Assembly (NCBI GenBank): GCA_965153285.1
Contig: OZ229121.1
From: Podarcis tiliguerta
Lineage: Eukaryota
Direction: 5' to 3' (one strand)
DNA: 64,000 bases
Part shown: one piece after another, positions 62,010 through 64,000 of the stretch
Numbering within the stretch: position 1 is the stretch's first letter
How the letters are laid out: each line of letters opens with the position of its first letter
Translations under genes and position numbers: made by a program
Notes under the pieces: generated by a model
What the model was told of the DNA's origin: nothing
The model's input: the letters and a program-made list of their open reading frames with translations, nothing else
The model's database searches: none

Positions 62010-64000
62010 GTAAGTGAGCTTTTCCTACATCTTCTTTAGAATGACATTTATTTTCTTGGTGTATGTTTTATGGAGTGAGGAATTCTGCTGTTCCTAAATG
62101 GCTTATCACAGAGAACCCCTATTGATGATCAAACAGCTGTGCCTATTAGGTATTTGTAATATAACAAACTTGATTTTTGAAATGTACAGGTTTTCTTAAA
62201 AAATTGGATATCATTGATTCTATATTACTGTTCCGCTAAAGTACTCTGCTGCTTTCATAAATAAATATAGTAGAATAACCTCAACTATTTTAAAAGTTTC
62301 ATATTCTCATTTGTAATCTATACTATAGTTTTCCAGTAAGTATCATGGTTTGGATGTTAGAGGAAATTCTGGTTTAACAAACCCTGGAGTACCATATATA
62401 TAGTACAGTACATGTATAGTACAGCATAGTCTGTTGAAACCTCCACAATTGAATCAGTTAAAATACATGAAACAATATTTCCAAGTAATTTGTTCAGTTA
62501 GCTGGTTCAATTATGCAGTATCAGAGAAACAGTAAGTGTTGGGCAGTAAATCTGTCCGAGGGAGGAGGCGGCAGACACCACTGTCTCCATAGGTATTAAC
62601 CGCCTTGTGAAACCCACCCAGTCAGTCCCTCTGACTAGATCTCACAGGCCATGTTGGGCAAGGGACAAGATGACATGTTTTTGGCTTGACCCTTGCAACC
62701 TTCCTGCCCACATTCTCAGGCTGCAATAACTCAAACTGATCTCACAAAAAAAAAATAACCAGATGGGTGTTCTAGACACCTCTACAGCAAAAAGAAAGAA
62801 AGTAGAGTAGGAAGTATGGTCTCAACCCCAAAAATCATTGGGAGTTTTCCAACTAATTTCTGCTAAGAGTAGACCCACTGAAATTAATGTGAATTGGTCT
62901 ACTGTACATATGACTAACACTGGATACAACTCACAGATTATTGGACTCAAATCACTGCATTTCTGGGCTATATTTTTGATGCTGGAGAGTTCCTGTCCTT
63001 AGTCTACTTATGTGACTTCGTAACACATCTTCCGCTTTGGCAGACATTTTATCCAGTGGGCTAAGTATCATTTTGGTTATTGTACCCACCCCCTCTTTGC
63101 AGTATTGCAGTGTACAGTACTGTTTCCATAACCTAGTGGTCTTTATGCAAAGATGATATCTAAATTTTTTTTTTTTAATAAAATCTTTACAAGAGAATCA
63201 GCAGAAATCTTGGCATCTGGGCATTGTTTTGTATGTCAAAATGTGTTCATATCTCTCACCCGAGGATCTTGTTTCTATGCAAGTTATGTGACTTACATAC
63301 AACAGGAACATTAAGAGATTTTTTTCCTTTGGTACTTTAGGTCATATGGAGCTCCTATCATTTGAAGTTTTCTTATGTAGGTGGTAGCCTTAATTGTATG
63401 TTTCTGTTTGCAAAATGTGTTTCTAGATTTCATGGCTGTGGAGTTAGCTTTCTGTTTCCAACACCATGTTGTTTGAACAAATCTGTAATATAAGCAGAAG
63501 TATAACTGGAAATTATACCCATATGAGTGTTTCCTAATGATACCCAAGGGGAAGATTCAGATACTTCTCTCTCAAGTGGTGTAGAGAAAATAGATTAAAA
63601 CATTGGGTACTATTTCCCCCACTTTTTCATAAGTGTTCATCAAACTAGTCTGTAATGCTAGTCTGTAATGCAGTCACCTGACTATCTTAATCACCAGTAT
63701 TTTCTCTCTTCATGGCCTTGTCCTTTTAGAAAGACAGACCTAGCATTCCTCATGTCAAAGCAGCAAGTTCCAACACTGACCTTCCTTTTGTAACTGAAAA
63801 TTCCTAAGTTTTAGAATCTCTTGCTGGATGACAGTTCTATAATTTATGTAGATGGGATTCCAGTATTCAAATGTGAATGCACTTACACAGTTGTGTGTTC
63901 TTTGCATTTCTCCCTACCAATTGGTTAAAAAATGTTTCTGGAGAGATAATAGCCAATTCAGAGACTCTCAAACACTCCACTGTTTTACAAGTACCTTGGT

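Overview
This is vertebrate genomic DNA from a squamate, most likely a lacertid lizard, judging by its Sauria-type SINEs and lizard L2/CR1/MITE families. The main content is the 5' part of MLLT10 (AF10, the DOT1L cofactor) on the + strand: a CpG-island promoter at about 13.95-15.25 kb and eight coding exons from 14989 to 62009. All introns are GT-AG and in phase; the exons total 804 nt (268 codons) and encode the PHD-Zn knuckle-PHD (PZP) domain and the Lys-rich segment after it. The gene continues past the window. The first ~6.4 kb holds two more CpG islands and minus-strand splice signals. By synteny these fit the non-coding 5' exons of the divergent gene SKIDA1, whose CDS is not in the window. 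The first ~17 kb is almost free of transposons, whereas the MLLT10 introns carry SINEs, L2, CR1, RTE, a decayed DIRS retrotransposon and many MITEs. I found no clearly new multi-gene system. The best leads concern control of AF10's PZP domain: a strong in-frame cryptic donor that would delete half of PHD1, strong-Kozak uORFs (one ending in an AUGA overlap on the second Met), candidate poison and cassette exons, and a MADE1-like 83-nt foldback. Exon numbers follow the human gene as I recall it. Nothing was aligned or scored computationally.
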